Assembly: GCA_035251445.1 (NCBI GenBank)
Contig: DATFEG010000156.1
Span: 3,528 to 67,527, forward strand
Source of the DNA: Gemmatimonadales bacterium
Lineage (GTDB): Bacteria; Gemmatimonadota; Gemmatimonadetes; Gemmatimonadales; GWC2-71-9
Reading direction: 5' to 3'
Length of the DNA stretch: 64,000 nt
The notes under the pieces were generated by a model that was not told where the DNA came from, did no database searches, and saw only the letters and a list, made by a program, of their open reading frames with translations. Both the position numbers and the translations under genes were made by a program. Shown piece after piece: positions 24,331 through 33,551 of this stretch (positions are counted from its first letter, which is position 1; each line of letters opens with the position of its first letter).

Positions 24331-25331
24331 ACATCACATTCTGTGTCGTAGCCAATACCGACCGTCTCGATCGATTTCTCGCCGACCAGCTCAGCATCTC
24401 CCGTACTCAAGCCGGACGTCTCATAGCCGATAAGCGCGTCACCGCACGCGGCAAGGCGCTCCGCGCGTCCGCCATCCTCGAGCGCGGTACGGAAGTCACA
24501 GTCGAGATTCCTGAGGAAGAGCCCCCACGCAGTTACACGCCGTCGCACGCCGACTTGACATTCGTCTACGAAGACGAGCACCTCGCGGTGCTGGACAAAC
24601 CGGCCGGCCTCGTGGTGCATCCGGGGCCGGGACACTGGAACGACTCGCTCGTCAATGTGTTGGTGGGGCGGGGCACGGAGCTGTCGCGCGGATCCACCGA
24701 GGGACGTCCCGGGATCGTGCATCGCCTCGACCGCGATACGTCGGGGCTGCTCGTGGTGGCGAAAAGCGATCTCGCGCATCGCCGGCTTGCGGGCGCGATC
24801 GAGCGGCGCCAGGTCAGGCGCGTCTATGCGGCCCTCGTTTGGGGACATCTGCGAAAGAGCCCGGTGGACATCGAAGCGCCGATCGCGCGCCACGCGAAGG
24901 AGCGCAAGCGCATGACGGTGGCCGAGGGCGGCCGCCATGCGGTGACGCACGCCGCGGTTGTGGCGCGCTTCGCGCACTGCGATCTGCTGCGCGTGCGGCT
25001 CGGCACGGGGCGCACTCATCAGATTCGCGTCCATCTCGCCCACGTCGGCTGCCCTATCGTGGGGGATCGCGAGTACACCTTCGGCGGCAGCCGCCGCGTT
25101 ACGCCGTCGGCTCGCGGAGAAGCGGAGCGACTGGAGTCCCTCGCGCCGCGACAACTGCTGCACGCCGCCGCGCTGTCGTTCACGCATCCGGTCACCGGCG
25201 CGCCGGTCACGCTCACGTCGGAATGGCCGGCGGATTTGCGTCCGGCGCTCGCCGCCGCAGCAGGGGACGCGAATTTACTTGCTCAGGTTAAACCGTTGCA
25301 GTATCTTGGCTTCTTCGCATCCGATGAGTGA
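24327..25331 (+). CDS. rluD: RluA/RluD-family 23S rRNA pseudouridine synthase
   Basis: It has an S4 domain and the catalytic motif HRLDRDTSGLLVVAK. The likely TTG start at 24327 overlaps the lspA stop. The start choice is uncertain. Confidence 0.83.
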   Translation: MNITFCVVANTDRLDRFLADQLSISRTQAGRLIADKRVTARGKALRASAILERGTEVTVEIPEEEPPRSYTPSHADLTFVYEDEHLAVLDKPAGLVVHPGPGHWNDSLVNVLVGRGTELSRGSTEGRPGIVHRLDRDTSGLLVVAKSDLAHRRLAGAIERRQVRRVYAALVWGHLRKSPVDIEAPIARHAKERKRMTVAEGGRHAVTHAAVVARFAHCDLLRVRLGTGRTHQIRVHLAHVGCPIVGDREYTFGGSRRVTPSARGEAERLESLAPRQLLHAAALSFTHPVTGAPVTLTSEWPADLRPALAAAAGDANLLAQVKPLQYLGFFASDE

Positions 25332-25854
25332 CCAAAACCTCGCGCCCGTTCCCACTGCGCGCTTGCTCGTGTTTCGCGTGGGAGTGCTGTCATGCGCGGC
25401 CGAGGTCGATCAAGTGCGGGAGATTCTCCCGCGCCTCCCAACGACGCGTATTCCGGGCGCGCCTCCGGTCGTCGCAGGTCTCGTAAATGTTCGCGGCACG
25501 CTGGTGACCGTGGTGGAAGGGTGGCGTGCGTTAGGGCAGGACCCTCCGACGACGCCTCCGCTTCCCGATGCCACTGCAGGGTCGACGATCATCCTCGAGC
25601 TGGAGCGTTCCAGCTCGGCGGAAGGGGCGAACGAGCGCAGCCGGAAACTCATCGGGTTTACAGTGGACGCAGTGGTGGACATGCTGGCGGTGGGCGATGC
25701 CACGCTGGAGCACCGCGAAAGCCTCCCCGGCGTCGATCCCACGCTGGTAAAGGCGGTCGGGCGCCGCCAGGTTGGGGACGACTCTGGCGGGGGGAGCAAC
25801 CTGTTCATCGTGCTGAACGTGGCAGCTCTGCTGGGTCCGGTTCTGTCTAACTAA
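25324..25854 (+). CDS. cheW: CheW-like coupling protein (copy 1)
   Basis: The ATG at 25324 overlaps the rluD stop by 8 nt. The CheW fold pattern LLVFRVGVLSCAAEVDQVREILP...VNVRGTLVTVV is present, with a Pro-rich insertion. Confidence 0.85.
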   Translation: MSDQNLAPVPTARLLVFRVGVLSCAAEVDQVREILPRLPTTRIPGAPPVVAGLVNVRGTLVTVVEGWRALGQDPPTTPPLPDATAGSTIILELERSSSAEGANERSRKLIGFTVDAVVDMLAVGDATLEHRESLPGVDPTLVKAVGRRQVGDDSGGGSNLFIVLNVAALLGPVLSN

Positions 25855-25864
25855 GGAGCGTGCC

Positions 25865-26227
25865 GTGAGCCACACGGTTCTCGTCTGTGATGACGCCATC
25901 TTCATGCGGACTATGATCACGGATATCCTCGCGCAGGCAGGCTTCGAAGTGGTCGGCGAGGCCGAAACCGGGACGCAAGCCGTGGAGAAATACCGCCAGC
26001 TGAAGCCCGACCTGGTGACGATGGACATCGTGATGCCCGGCATGGGGGGTATCGATGCGGTTCGCGAGATCGTGAAGCACGACCCCGACGCGAAGATTCT
26101 CATGTGCAGCGCGATGGGGCAGCAGGCCCTCGTCGTCGAAGCGATTCAGGCCGGCGCCAAAGACTTCGTTGTCAAGCCGTTCCAACCCTCCCGCGTGCTC
26201 GAAGCCGTCCAGCGCGTTTTGGGATAG
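25865..26227 (+). CDS. cheY: CheY-like single-domain response regulator
   Basis: The 120-aa receiver has the DD, D(57)-equivalent MDIVMP and K (VVKPF) residues. GGAGCG lies 6 nt upstream of the GTG start. Confidence 0.92.
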   Translation: MSHTVLVCDDAIFMRTMITDILAQAGFEVVGEAETGTQAVEKYRQLKPDLVTMDIVMPGMGGIDAVREIVKHDPDAKILMCSAMGQQALVVEAIQAGAKDFVVKPFQPSRVLEAVQRVLG

Positions 26228-26233
26228 CACGCA

Positions 26234-28141
26234 ATGGACCTGTCGCAGTACGCCGAGCTGTTCCTGGCTGAGAGTCGGGAGCACTTGAGCGCCTGCAATC
26301 AGCTGCTGCTCGAGTGGGAACGCCGGCCATCGTCTCCCGAGCCGGTGAGCGGGATCTTCCGCGCGGTGCACACGATGAAAGGGATGGCGGCGACCATGGG
26401 ATATGGTCGCGTTGCCGACCTCGCGCATCGCATGGAGAATCTGCTGGACCAGCTAAGGCGCGGCGGCAAGCCACCGACTGATGCTACTCTGGAACTGCTC
26501 TTCCGTGCGACCGACGCGTTGGAGAAAGCGGTCGCTCTGGCGGTGGCCGGCCGCGAGCGCGAGCTCGACATCGCGTCGCTCGTCGCAGAATTTGACCACG
26601 CTGTCTCGGCCGGCGCTTCACCCGCCGCCGCTTCATCTACCGTCGCCTCATCTACCGTCGCCTCACCTCCCGTCGCCTCATCTCCCGTCGCCTCATCTCC
26701 CGTCGCCTCACCCGCTCGCCTCATTCACGTAGCCATCCGCCCTGAAACGCCGTTAAAAGGCGGCCGCGCCATGCTCGTGCTTCGTAAGGCGCAGACCCTG
26801 GGGACGGTGCAGCGGGTTCAGCCGCCCCCCACAGCGTTCGAGTCGGACGATTTCGATGGGAATGTGGCGTTCGAGCTGCACAGCTCCGCTGCGTCCCCTG
26901 AGATCGAGGCGGCGCTGCATGCGGTCGGCGACGTGGAGCGCGTCTCGATCGGCGGTAGTGAGGGCCGAGTCGATGACGCCGCGGGCGGGCGCAGCCGGCA
27001 CATCCGCGTCGACTTACGTCGCCTGGATACGCTGATGGACCTGATCGGGGAGCTCGTGACCGAGCGCGGCCGTCTGAACGAGGTGGCGGGCCGCTTGGCT
27101 GGTCAGGATCAGGCGATCGACGATATCGCGGTCCAGATCTCGCGCCTGTCCGCCGATCTCCAGAACGAGATCATTCAGGCACGCATGACGCCGGTGTGGC
27201 AGATCTTCGACCGTTTTCCGCGGCTCGTGCGCGACGTCGCGCGCCAGCTGGACAAAGACGTCGCGTTGCGCGTGGAAGGAAAGGAGATCGAGCTTGATCG
27301 GGCCATTCTCGACGAGCTCGGTGACCCGTTGGTGCACCTGCTGCGGAATGCCGTCGATCATGGAATCGAGCCACCCGCTGAACGCAAGCGGCACAAGAAG
27401 AACCCCGAAGGCCAGATCGTGCTCGCCGCGGTCCGTGAGCGCAACAGCGTCGCGATCAGCATCTCCGATGACGGCCGCGGTATCGATCGAGCGAGCATTC
27501 TCCAAAAAGCGAAGCGCGAGGGGATCGTGTCACCGCATGTCGAGTCGCTGTCCGACGATCAGCTCCTGCGCGTGCTCGCCCGGCCGGGCTTCACGACGGC
27601 CGGCACGGTCACGGCGGTGTCGGGCCGGGGCGTGGGAATCGATGTCGTCATGACGCGGCTCCGCACGCTCGGGGGATCGATCGAGATCCGGACGGAAACA
27701 GGGAAAGGCACGACGTTCATGCTGCGGCTTCCCGTCACGCTCGCCATCGTGCGCGCGCTGATCGCGGCCGTCGGGCACGAGCGGTACGCGCTGCCCCTGA
27801 CGTACGTCGCCGAAACGGTGGAGTTCGGTACGACCGCGCGGACGACGATGGAAGGGCGGGATGCGATCGTTCTGCGGGACCGCGTGGTGCCCCTCGTGGA
27901 TCTCCGCACGCTGCTGGGAACAAACGGCGGCGCTCCCGCGCCCCCTCCGCGGCGCCCCGTTATCGTGCTCGAAATGGGTGAGCGCCGCGCGGGTATCGTC
28001 GTCGACGGAATGCTCAGCCAGCAGGAGATTGTGGTGAAGGGATTCGACGCACCGCAGGGCACGTTGCCGATATTCAGCGGCGCCACGATCCTGGGGGATG
28101 GCGTGCCGACGTTGATATTGGATGCGGCGGGGCTGGTGTGA
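26234..28141 (+). CDS. cheA: Chemotaxis histidine kinase CheA
   Basis: It has an Hpt domain (FRAVHTMKGMAATMG), a dimerisation region, an HATPase domain (N, G1, G2 boxes) and a C-terminal CheW-like domain. A repetitive Ala/Ser/Pro linker follows P1. Confidence 0.95.
   Translation: MDLSQYAELFLAESREHLSACNQLLLEWERRPSSPEPVSGIFRAVHTMKGMAATMGYGRVADLAHRMENLLDQLRRGGKPPTDATLELLFRATDALEKAVALAVAGRERELDIASLVAEFDHAVSAGASPAAASSTVASSTVASPPVASSPVASSPVASPARLIHVAIRPETPLKGGRAMLVLRKAQTLGTVQRVQPPPTAFESDDFDGNVAFELHSSAASPEIEAALHAVGDVERVSIGGSEGRVDDAAGGRSRHIRVDLRRLDTLMDLIGELVTERGRLNEVAGRLAGQDQAIDDIAVQISRLSADLQNEIIQARMTPVWQIFDRFPRLVRDVARQLDKDVALRVEGKEIELDRAILDELGDPLVHLLRNAVDHGIEPPAERKRHKKNPEGQIVLAAVRERNSVAISISDDGRGIDRASILQKAKREGIVSPHVESLSDDQLLRVLARPGFTTAGTVTAVSGRGVGIDVVMTRLRTLGGSIEIRTETGKGTTFMLRLPVTLAIVRALIAAVGHERYALPLTYVAETVEFGTTARTTMEGRDAIVLRDRVVPLVDLRTLLGTNGGAPAPPPRRPVIVLEMGERRAGIVVDGMLSQQEIVVKGFDAPQGTLPIFSGATILGDGVPTLILDAAGLV
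26633..26720 (+). repeat. 15-nt in-frame tandem repeat (about 5.8 copies) in the CheA P1 linker
   Basis: The unit tcatctaccgtcgcc and its variants encode SSTVA SSTVA SPPVA SSPVA SSPVA SP. Confidence 0.92.
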
Positions 28142-28257
28142 TGATGGTTCGTGATTCGTATTTCAACACCCTAAAGGGTGTGCTCGGCAAAGCGCTGCCC
28201 TTAAGGGCAGTGATGGCCGAGCGCACGCTTCAGCGTGTCGAAATGGGAGCGTGACAC

Positions 28258-28875
28258 GTGGAAGACGTTCGTGATCTAAAAGCACTGCAGCTCGATGCGC
28301 TCAAGGAAGTCGCCAACATCGGCGCGGGTCACGCGGCGACCGCACTGTCGCAGCTGACGCAGCGCCGCGTGATGATCTCCGTTCCCGAGATCAACATCGC
28401 GCGACTCGAAGACGTCGCTGGCGTACTCGGCGATCCTCAGGAAGTGGTGGCCGCCGTGTTGATGCACATGCTCGGCGACTTGACCGGGCGGACGCTGCTG
28501 CTCTTTCCCGAGCCCGTCGCACGGCGGCTGTGCGACATGCTTCTCAAGCGCCCACTGGGAACAACCAAGGAATTTGGCACGCTCGAGCAATCCTGTCTGA
28601 AGGAGTCCGGCAACATTCTCTCGGGTGCCTACATGAACGCGTTGTCGGAATTCATGGGCATGCTGCTCCTGCCGTCCGTGCCGAGTCTCGTTGTCGATCT
28701 TTCGGCGGCGGTCTTGACGACGACGTATTTGAATTTCGGGCACGACCGCGACGTCGTCTTTTGTGTCGAGACGGAATTCAGAATCGACAGCCGGGACGGC
28801 CTGCGCGGTCATTTCCTGCTCCTGCCCGATCTGGCGTCTCTCAAGGCTATTTTCGACGCCATCCGCTTGACTTGA
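28258..28875 (+). CDS. cheC: CheC-family CheY-P phosphatase
   Basis: It has two D/S-x3-E-x2-N-x22-P active-site motifs (DALKEVANIG...VP and SCLKESGNIL...VP). It starts with GTG, and GGGAG lies 7 nt upstream. Confidence 0.85.
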   Translation: MEDVRDLKALQLDALKEVANIGAGHAATALSQLTQRRVMISVPEINIARLEDVAGVLGDPQEVVAAVLMHMLGDLTGRTLLLFPEPVARRLCDMLLKRPLGTTKEFGTLEQSCLKESGNILSGAYMNALSEFMGMLLLPSVPSLVVDLSAAVLTTTYLNFGHDRDVVFCVETEFRIDSRDGLRGHFLLLPDLASLKAIFDAIRLT

Positions 28876-31580
28876 TCGTCTCCGAGCGCGACCTCACGGT
28901 GTTGAGGTCATTTTCCCGCCGGATCGACCCGTCGGACGCGGGCGCGCACAACAATCTCGGCGTTTTGTACTACCAGAAGGGACTCGTCCCCGAGGCCATC
29001 GAGCAGTTTACGCGCGCGCTCGAGCTCGACCCGCGCATGCAGGTGGCGCAGCGTAACCTCGAGATTGCCTATCACAACACGGGCTACTACGACCGGCGCG
29101 TCGCCGAGCTGCAGGAGCGGCTGCGCCAGGCGCCCGACGATCGCGACGCGCGCTGGGAGCTGGGCCGCACGTACGCCATCCTCGCTGCCTTCGACGAAGC
29201 GGTGGCGGAGTTCGAGGAGCTGCTCGCCCATAAGCCGAACGACGTCGCGGCGATCATTCAGCTGGGACTCGCCGAGAAAGCGCGCGGCCGGCTGGAGGTC
29301 GCGACGGAGTGGTTCAGCCGCGCGGTCGAGCAGGATCCCGCGTCGACGGTCGTCCACTTTTACCTGGGCGAGGTTTACTACAACCGCGGGCTGAACGAGC
29401 CCGCGCTCGCGGCGCTCGAGCGCGCGGTCTCGCTGAACCCCGACAACGCCAATGCGCACTATTTGATGGCGTTCGTCCTCGGCGACATGGGGCGCCACCA
29501 GGATGCACGCGCCGCGTCCAAGCGGGCGATTCAACTCAATCCACCCCTCGCCCGCGCGCAGACGAACCTGTCGCTGGAGCGCTATCGCGCCGAGCGGCAA
29601 TCGGCCGAGCACCGCCTGCGGGCGAGTCCCGCCCCGGAGGTCGCCGAAGGTCACGAGCTGGCCCACTTCAACCTCGGGCTCGCGTTCCGGCAGAAAGGCT
29701 ATTACACGGAGGCGTTGCGCGAATATCGGCTGGCCCTCGAGCGCGGCGAGGACCGCCGGCTGGTGCGTCAGGCGATGGCCGAAGTGCACCTGCTGAAACA
29801 CGACGTTGCCGACGCGCTCGAGCTGTATGAAGCGCTGATTCACGAGGTGCCGGACTCGCCGAAGCTGTGGAACGAGCGCGGCGTGGTATTGCACCAGGCG
29901 GGTCGCGCGGCGGAGGCGCTGGCCTCGTATCGGCAGGCGACCGACGTCGATCCACGCTACGCGCTGGCGTGGAACAACGTCGGTGTCGTGCTCGCGCATC
30001 AGCGCGACGCCGAAGACGCGATCCAGGCGTTTCGCAAGGCGTTGCAGCTGTCGTCCGCCTTCGCTGCCGCGCGGCTCAATCTCGCGTTATTGCTCACCCA
30101 TCTGCGCCGCTTCCAGCTCGCGCTCGAGGCCTATCGGCAAGTGCTGTCGGATCAACCGGCGTCTGCGCCCGCGTGGAACGGCGTCGGGCTCGTGCTCGTC
30201 GAGTTGAAGCGTTTTGTGGATGCGCGGAACGCATTCGTGCGCGCGGTCGAGGCGGACCCGCAGAACGCCGGTGCGCACTACAACCTCAGCTTCACACTTT
30301 CGAATCTCGGCGATTTCGACGGCGCGTTGCGTGCCACCAAGCGCGCGCTCGAGCTCGACCCCTATTACGTCTCGCAGAAGTTCGCGCTCGCCATCGACCT
30401 GCAGTACGAAACGGTCTCGATCGGGATCATCCCGGAGATCTCCGCCGACGTCGCTGCCGAGAGCCTTGCAGGCGAGTTTGCATTCGACCAGCGGCTGCTC
30501 GACAACATCTTCAAGGAGCTGGCGCCCGCGGCGGCCGCGGCCACGACCGCGCCGCAAGCGCCCGCCGGCATCGCGAAGCGGGCCGAGGACCCCCTGGCGC
30601 TCGCCCGTGACTATGTGAGCAAGGGAATGATGGATCTCGCGGTCGCCGAGACGATGCGCGCCGTGCAGCGCGGCGCCGATCGCGGCCGCGCGGCCACGCT
30701 GCTGGGCGAGATCTACGCGCGTCGCGGCTTGCACGGCGAGGCGCTGGAGCGCTACGGCGAAGCCCGCACACTCGATGCTGCCAATGCCGCCGCGGCGCTC
30801 GGGGAAGTGAAGAGCCTGCTCGCAATGCAGCGCCCCACCGAGGCGCTGCCCCTCGCCGAAGCCCTCGTGACCCGCATGCCCGATGATGTCGAGGTGCTGG
30901 TTGGTGTTGCGAAGGCGCGCGCCGCGACCGGGGACGCCGCCGGCGCGCTGACCGCGTTGCAGCGGGCCCAGACGCGCGCACCCGCGCGCGCCGATCTGCA
31001 CAAACTGCAGGGCGACATCGCGCTCAAGGTGGGCGAGCGCCAGGGCGCGCGGCAGGCGTATCGTGCCGCGCTCGATCTGGATAAGGGCTTCGTGCAGGTC
31101 TGGCTCGATCTCGGCCGGCTGCACGAGCACGACGAAGAGTGGCGGCTGGCGCAGCAGGCGTATGAAGAGGCGCTCGAGGCGTTGCCCACGTTTCACGAGG
31201 CGTCGCTCGCGCTGGCCGACCTGTTGCGCCGCACCGGCAGCGTGCGCTCCGCCGTCGTGCGGCTCGCGGACATGCTGGAGCAGGATCCGTACGATCTCGA
31301 CGCGTTGCTGCTCCTGGGCCGCGCGCTGCTGGATGACAAGCGCAACGAAGAGGCGCTCGAGGCGTTCCGGCGTGTGCTCAAATTCGACGCCGAGCACGCG
31401 GGTGCGCTTTTCTACCTGGGCGCGACGCTCGCGCGCCTGCAGCGCTACGCCGACGCCGTCGACGCCTGGGAGCGCGTGACGCGCCTCGATCCGGGGGGTC
31501 CCTTCGCGCAACGCGCGCGGATGCACGCGCGGACCGCGCTCGATCTGCAGCACATCTTCTCCACGCCGGATGCGGCCTGA
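28872..31580 (+). CDS. Large TPR-repeat protein (~900 aa)
   Basis: TPR motifs (A/G/Y/W periodicity, xxAxxxYxxALxxxP) run continuously throughout. The probable TTG at 28872 overlaps the cheC stop, with GTG at 28899 as an alternative. The upstream 114 codons of the track ORF overlap cheC and are discounted. Confidence 0.8.
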   Translation: MIVSERDLTVLRSFSRRIDPSDAGAHNNLGVLYYQKGLVPEAIEQFTRALELDPRMQVAQRNLEIAYHNTGYYDRRVAELQERLRQAPDDRDARWELGRTYAILAAFDEAVAEFEELLAHKPNDVAAIIQLGLAEKARGRLEVATEWFSRAVEQDPASTVVHFYLGEVYYNRGLNEPALAALERAVSLNPDNANAHYLMAFVLGDMGRHQDARAASKRAIQLNPPLARAQTNLSLERYRAERQSAEHRLRASPAPEVAEGHELAHFNLGLAFRQKGYYTEALREYRLALERGEDRRLVRQAMAEVHLLKHDVADALELYEALIHEVPDSPKLWNERGVVLHQAGRAAEALASYRQATDVDPRYALAWNNVGVVLAHQRDAEDAIQAFRKALQLSSAFAAARLNLALLLTHLRRFQLALEAYRQVLSDQPASAPAWNGVGLVLVELKRFVDARNAFVRAVEADPQNAGAHYNLSFTLSNLGDFDGALRATKRALELDPYYVSQKFALAIDLQYETVSIGIIPEISADVAAESLAGEFAFDQRLLDNIFKELAPAAAAATTAPQAPAGIAKRAEDPLALARDYVSKGMMDLAVAETMRAVQRGADRGRAATLLGEIYARRGLHGEALERYGEARTLDAANAAAALGEVKSLLAMQRPTEALPLAEALVTRMPDDVEVLVGVAKARAATGDAAGALTALQRAQTRAPARADLHKLQGDIALKVGERQGARQAYRAALDLDKGFVQVWLDLGRLHEHDEEWRLAQQAYEEALEALPTFHEASLALADLLRRTGSVRSAVVRLADMLEQDPYDLDALLLLGRALLDDKRNEEALEAFRRVLKFDAEHAGALFYLGATLARLQRYADAVDAWERVTRLDPGGPFAQRARMHARTALDLQHIFSTPDAA

Positions 31581-32719
31581 TGGCAATCGAAGGACCGCTG
31601 CGCGAGCTCGGCATCCACGACGTCTTCCAGCTGCTCGACCTGAGCCGGAAGACGGGCGCGCTGCGCGTCACCTCGGAGCTGCGTCATAACGAAGGGACGG
31701 TCTACTTCGACAACGGCGTCGTCGCCTCCGCCGAGATCCGCAGCAACCCTCATCCGTTGGGCGCGCTGCTCCTCCGGACCGGCAAGATCGCCGAGGCCGA
31801 CCTCGAGCGCGCGCGCGACATGCAGCAGCGCCTCGGCGACAAACGCCGTCTCGGCGAGATTCTCGTGAGCCTCGGTGTGATTACGCAACGTGAGGTGGAG
31901 CGGCAGGTCCGCTTTCAGATCGAGGAGGTCGTGTTCGAGGTGATGAGCTGGAACGAGGGCTACTTCTCTTTCAACGAGCAACCGCCGACGACATTCCCGA
32001 CCGAGGTATCGGTCCGCATTCCCGTCGAAGCGCTGTTGATGGAAGGCGCGCGGCGCATCGACGAATGGTCGCGGATCGAAAGCCGGATTCCGCACATCGG
32101 CGTAGTGCCCTCGCTCGCCCCTGCGCCGGAAGCGGGCGGGGGGGAGCTGGATCTCCTGCCGCCGGAATGGGAAGTGCTGGCGCTGATCGACGGCGCGCGG
32201 TCGGTGCGGGATCTCGCGAGCGAGCTTGGCCGCTCGGACTTCGAGGTGTCGAAAACGCTGTTTGGTCTCGAGAGCGCCGGCGTCATCGTCATCATGGATC
32301 CGGGGAGCGCCCGGCGCGGCCGGGCCGGCGTGAGCGCCGACCTCACGGAGCTCGTGGCGAAGGCTGAGCGCGCGCTGCACGCGAAAGACCTCGATGCCGC
32401 TCGCGCCGCGGCGGAACAGGCGGGCGCGCTGCAGCCACACGACGCGACCATCTACTTGCTGCTCGGTCGCGTCCATCTGGCCCAGGGTCACGCGTCGTCG
32501 GCGGCGGAACAGCTCCGCCGCGCGGTGCGGCTGGACCCGCTCTTGCCCGCGGCGTATCGCGTGCTCGGTTTCGCGCTTATCGCGATGGGCCGCTTTGCCG
32601 AAGCGCTGGCGAGCTGGGATCAGTGGGATCGCCTCGCGGCCCGCAGTGCCGACGAAGAAGCGCAGCGTCCCAACGTCGAGCGCGCGCGCCAGGCGGCCAG
32701 GGTGTTCGCCTTTGGCTGA
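31580..32719 (+). CDS. DUF4388 (PATAN-like) domain protein with C-terminal TPRs
   Basis: It has the N-terminal signature GxLxExxxxDVxQLLxLxxKTGxLxV, which I recognise as DUF4388, followed by a winged-helix-like middle region and TPRs. It is a paralogue of the gene at 36937. Confidence 0.72.
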   Translation: MAIEGPLRELGIHDVFQLLDLSRKTGALRVTSELRHNEGTVYFDNGVVASAEIRSNPHPLGALLLRTGKIAEADLERARDMQQRLGDKRRLGEILVSLGVITQREVERQVRFQIEEVVFEVMSWNEGYFSFNEQPPTTFPTEVSVRIPVEALLMEGARRIDEWSRIESRIPHIGVVPSLAPAPEAGGGELDLLPPEWEVLALIDGARSVRDLASELGRSDFEVSKTLFGLESAGVIVIMDPGSARRGRAGVSADLTELVAKAERALHAKDLDAARAAAEQAGALQPHDATIYLLLGRVHLAQGHASSAAEQLRRAVRLDPLLPAAYRVLGFALIAMGRFAEALASWDQWDRLAARSADEEAQRPNVERARQAARVFAFG

Positions 32720-33551
32720 CGACATCCGCGCGCTTTCCGCGCAGCTCGCACAGGACCCGCAGAGTCTGGTCTTCCTGCGCCTCGGTGAAGCGCTGCGCCG
32801 CAAGGGCCAGCTGGATGCGGCTCTGCGTGTGGCGGTCAACGGCCTCGAGCGGCATCCGCACCTGGCCGACGCGCACGATCTCTACGCCCGGGTGCTGACC
32901 GATAAGCACGATTACGAGCGGGCGTTCGACGAATGGGACATGGCCGTCCGCATCGCCCCGAAGCACACCGGGGCTCTGAAAGGGCTCGCGTTTCTCTATT
33001 TCAAGGTCGGGGACCTCGCGCAGGCCGAAGCGCACCTCGAGGCCGCGCGCAAAGTGGAGCCGGATGATCCGAGCATCGACCAAGCGTTTGAAATGATTCG
33101 CGGCGGTGCCAAAGCAGTTGCCGCTCCCCCCCCCTCGCCGCCGCCTCAATCGCCGCCCTCCGCCGCCCCAGCGAGCGGCGGGACTCTCGATGAGGCACGA
33201 GTGTTCGCCGGCCTCGACGGCGCCAATGAAGGCCTGCTCCTCATCGACGGCGCGGGGCGAGTTCTCGGCGGCGCGTTGCGCGACAAGTCCGGCACGGATG
33301 TGACCGACGCGGTCGCGGCGTACCTTGGAGGTGTCTCCCAGGAGGCGGCGCGCACGGCAAAGCTGCTCGGCCTCGGCGCGTGGAATGGACTCTCGGCCGA
33401 AGGTCAGCAGGGGAACGTGCATCTCGCCCATCCCACGGCCGACGCTCTCTTGCTGGTCGTGCGCGAGCGCGGCGTTCCGCTCGGCCGGCTCACCATTTTG
33501 GCGCAGCGGGCCACCCTGATGGCGCGTCGCTGGTTGGAGAAAGAAACGTGA
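32712..33551 (+). CDS. TPR + Roadblock/LC7-like fusion protein
   Basis: The TTG at 32712 overlaps the preceding gene by 8 nt. N-terminal TPRs and a PPPSPPPQSPP linker are followed by a C-terminal ~110 aa with the Roadblock-like pattern (GLLLIDGAGRVLGG...ALLLVVRERGVPLGRL). Confidence 0.62.
   Translation: MADDIRALSAQLAQDPQSLVFLRLGEALRRKGQLDAALRVAVNGLERHPHLADAHDLYARVLTDKHDYERAFDEWDMAVRIAPKHTGALKGLAFLYFKVGDLAQAEAHLEAARKVEPDDPSIDQAFEMIRGGAKAVAAPPPSPPPQSPPSAAPASGGTLDEARVFAGLDGANEGLLLIDGAGRVLGGALRDKSGTDVTDAVAAYLGGVSQEAARTAKLLGLGAWNGLSAEGQQGNVHLAHPTADALLLVVRERGVPLGRLTILAQRATLMARRWLEKET

Noticed and set aside
26633-26720. I considered whether the 15-nt arrays (26633-26720 and 35686-35760) or the 7-nt arrays could be CRISPR arrays.
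   Set aside because: The units are 7 or 15 nt and directly tandem with no unique spacers. Most are in-frame parts of coding sequences, and no cas genes are present.
28530-28871. These are N-terminal extensions of track ORFs that overlap the preceding gene. The track starts and my preferred starts are: 28530 for the TPR protein (28872), 24198 for rluD (24327), 24958 for cheW (25324), 32394 (32712), 33380 (33548), 33745 (33892), 34289 for the DnaA-like protein (34970), 38103 for cheR (38550), 41327 (41411), 46765 for ftsL (46873), 51307 for mraY (51979), 53013 for murD (53097) and 23668 for lspA (23812).
   Set aside because: The extensions are out-of-family, low-complexity and overlap strongly supported upstream genes. 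In each case an internal ATG, GTG or TTG that overlaps or abuts the upstream stop gives the canonical family N-terminus.
28872-31580. I considered whether the ~900-aa protein after cheC could be the missing chemoreceptor.
   Set aside because: The sequence is TPR repeats throughout. It has no TM/HAMP region and no MCP signalling hairpin motif.
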